A stretch of DNA of 32,000 nt, from the NCBI RefSeq assembly GCF_900095195.1, contig NZ_LT606950.1, positions 1,057,207 through 1,089,206 on the forward strand, read 5' to 3'. Under the pieces are notes generated by a model, which was not told the DNA's origin, ran no database searches, and worked only from the letters and a program-made list of their open reading frames with translations. Shown here one piece after another: positions 30,561-32,000 of this stretch. The DNA comes from Polynucleobacter necessarius. GTDB taxonomy: Bacteria; Pseudomonadota; Gammaproteobacteria; Burkholderiales; Burkholderiaceae. How positions within the stretch are numbered: position 1 is the stretch's first letter; the number at the start of each line of letters is the position of its first letter. A program made the position numbers and the translations under genes.

Positions 30561-31731
30561 AATAGCTAAACGCCACAATGTGGTGACCTCTTTAGCTCTA
30601 GCAGAGTAAAGCGCATCGGTTTTATCAAACACTTTTGGATGATGAGGTTTGGTATCCATGCGAGCAACCACCCGTAAACCTGCATCATCAATCCAAGATA
30701 GCAATTCCTCTCTTGTTCGCAATTTTAAATGTTCCGCTAAATCAGGGAGGGTTAACCAACCCTCCCCATGGGATTCCAAATGGTCTTTTAAGCCAATACA
30801 ACATTTGACTATCTTGGTCATAAACAGCTTGCTCCAGTAAAGAACTAGGTCGGGCGGGCAACCAAGGCGGATTGCAAATCACCAGTGCAGCCCTTCCATC
30901 TGGGAATGGATGGGTATTTAGAATCTGGATCCGCGACTCCATTCTCAAACGCTGAATGTTTTCTAGAGCGCAAGCAATCGCCCGCTCATTCAAATCGGTT
31001 CCGATGATCTTTTGAATGCCACGTAATGCCAATACAACTGATAGAACGCCAGTTCCAACACCGATATCGAAAGCAGTCGGCGCCCCTCAAGCGCTGCAGA
31101 CAGCGGCGCCTTGAGGACGAGCTCAATGTATTCGCCGCGAATGGGTGAAAACACGCCATAGTGTGGATGAATCCGAATTTCATCCTCCTCCTCTCACTAA
31201 GATGGGAACACCCTTCTTGCGCCACTCATGAGCACTGATAACGCCGAGCAATTCTCGAAGTGAAACAACATAAGACTCTTGTTGCACCCCATAAGCCTCA
31301 AGACAAGCTTGAGTTACTTCAGGAGTACGACGCAACGAGATGCTGTGATCAGCATTTATCTGAATCAGCAGCATTCCTAGAATGCGTGCACGCTACGATT
31401 GAGAAAGTCGATGCAGATTAAATGTTTCTAAGGGGCTTTTATTCTTATCAAGATCCTTTTTTTGACTGGCGCGCTGTGATTTTTTCGATGACCTATCTAC
31501 CCTCCTTACTAAGGCCTGCAAAAGCTGTCGAGCATTTTGAAAATCTCCACGGTAGAGGATCGCAGTTCCCTCGCATGCCAGGCGATAAGCCGCATCTGCC
31601 GTTAACGTATCGTCGCCAATCTGAATTTTTTTATGTGGCGCAATTCTATTTTCGGAGTGCCATTTTGCTGAACAAGTTTCGGAGTGCCATTTTGCTGAAC
31701 AAGTTTCGGAGTGCTCTTCCCAGGAAATCAT
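30543..31731 (-). pseudogene. class I SAM-dependent methyltransferase (NPPW type) with N-terminal extension, multiply disrupted
   Basis: Four track ORFs join into one ~396-codon gene: 31393..31791 (real ATG at 31731), 31180..31374, 30742..31032 and 30543..30821. SAM motif I AFDIGVGTGVLS and motif IV VICNPPW are readable. Lesions: in-frame TAG at 31393..31395; a frameshift in the (GGA)3 run near 31184-31192; a frameshift at the C4/G4 run 31083..31086; and a frameshift near 30785-30805. Confidence 0.75.
31650..31714. repeat. 27-bp perfect tandem duplication, about 2.4 copies
   Basis: The unit tttcggagtgccattttgctgaacaag occurs at 31650..31676 and again at 31677..31703. Its first 11 nt recur at 31704..31714. 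On the minus strand this encodes HSETCSAKW twice, in frame. Confidence 0.9.
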
Positions 31732-31741
31732 GAGCGCTTTA

Positions 31742-32000
31742 TCAAAAACGATTGTTTTGGTAATCGTCAATCGCCTGTTCAATTTCAGCACGGGTATTCA
31801 TAACAAATGGACCGTATTGAACAATAGGCGCATGTAGAGGAAAGCTGCCAATACAATGAATTGAGCGCCCTCATCGCCTGCCCTCACCTTTAGTAAATCA
31901 CCATCGCCCAAAATAATCGCCGCTTGTTTTGGTGCCGCCCTCATCGGGCCGCCCACTTCTAAATCACCTTCGTAAATATAGATAAATGCATTCAGCTCTT
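31742..32000 (-). pseudogene. pirin-family protein, C-terminal part (runs off window end), frameshifted
   Basis: The minus strand reads ELNAFIYIYEGDLEVGG...ILGDGDLLKVRAGDEGAQFIVLA in one frame. After a shift near 31838-31854 it reads GSFPLHAPIVQYGPFVMNTRAEIEQAIDDYQNNRF* (stop 31742..31744). Together these form the conserved pirin C-terminus (…AGKPLxEPIxxxGPFVMNTxxEIxQA). Confidence 0.7.

Noticed and set aside
30521-32000. Possible genomic island integrated at the 3' end of ssrA
   Set aside because: No integrase or phage genes follow. I see no second copy of the tmRNA 3' end (…TTCGATTCCCGCCGACTCCACCA) downstream within the window. The flanking genes are decayed housekeeping-type genes (methyltransferase, pirin), not cargo.
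1-32000. CRISPR arrays, IS elements/transposases, tRNA or rRNA genes
   Set aside because: No spaced direct repeats, no terminal inverted repeats flanking a transposase-like ORF and no tRNA cloverleaf-like or rRNA sequence were seen. The only tandem repeat is the 27-bp duplication reported above.

Overview
This is a roughly 45% GC betaproteobacterial (Burkholderiales-type) chromosomal core region, almost entirely coding and mostly on the minus strand. Gene order is: acyl-CoA dehydrogenase (start only), etfA, etfB, acyl-CoA synthetase*, HDAC-family deacetylase*, mltB(+), cysM, comEA. Next comes a four-gene envelope cluster: alpha/beta hydrolase, Zn-ribbon membrane protein, small secreted protein and TPR-CHAT protease*. 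Then follow hldD, hldA, ugd, lapB, ihfB, rpsA, cmk, aroA, tyrA, hisC, pheA, serC, gyrA, ompA-family(+), ubiG(+), gph(+), ssrA tmRNA(+), class-I methyltransferase* and pirin*. Starred genes are visibly broken by frameshifts, premature stops or deletions, whereas all housekeeping genes are intact. That pattern points to reductive genome evolution; a Polynucleobacter-like symbiont is my unverified guess. No CRISPR array, IS element, integrase, rRNA or tRNA was seen. The best candidate for an undescribed system is the translationally coupled cluster at 7313-12005, in which the exported TPR-CHAT caspase-like protease is dead but its three partner genes are intact. All homology statements rest on reading the translations and recalling family motifs; no searches were run.
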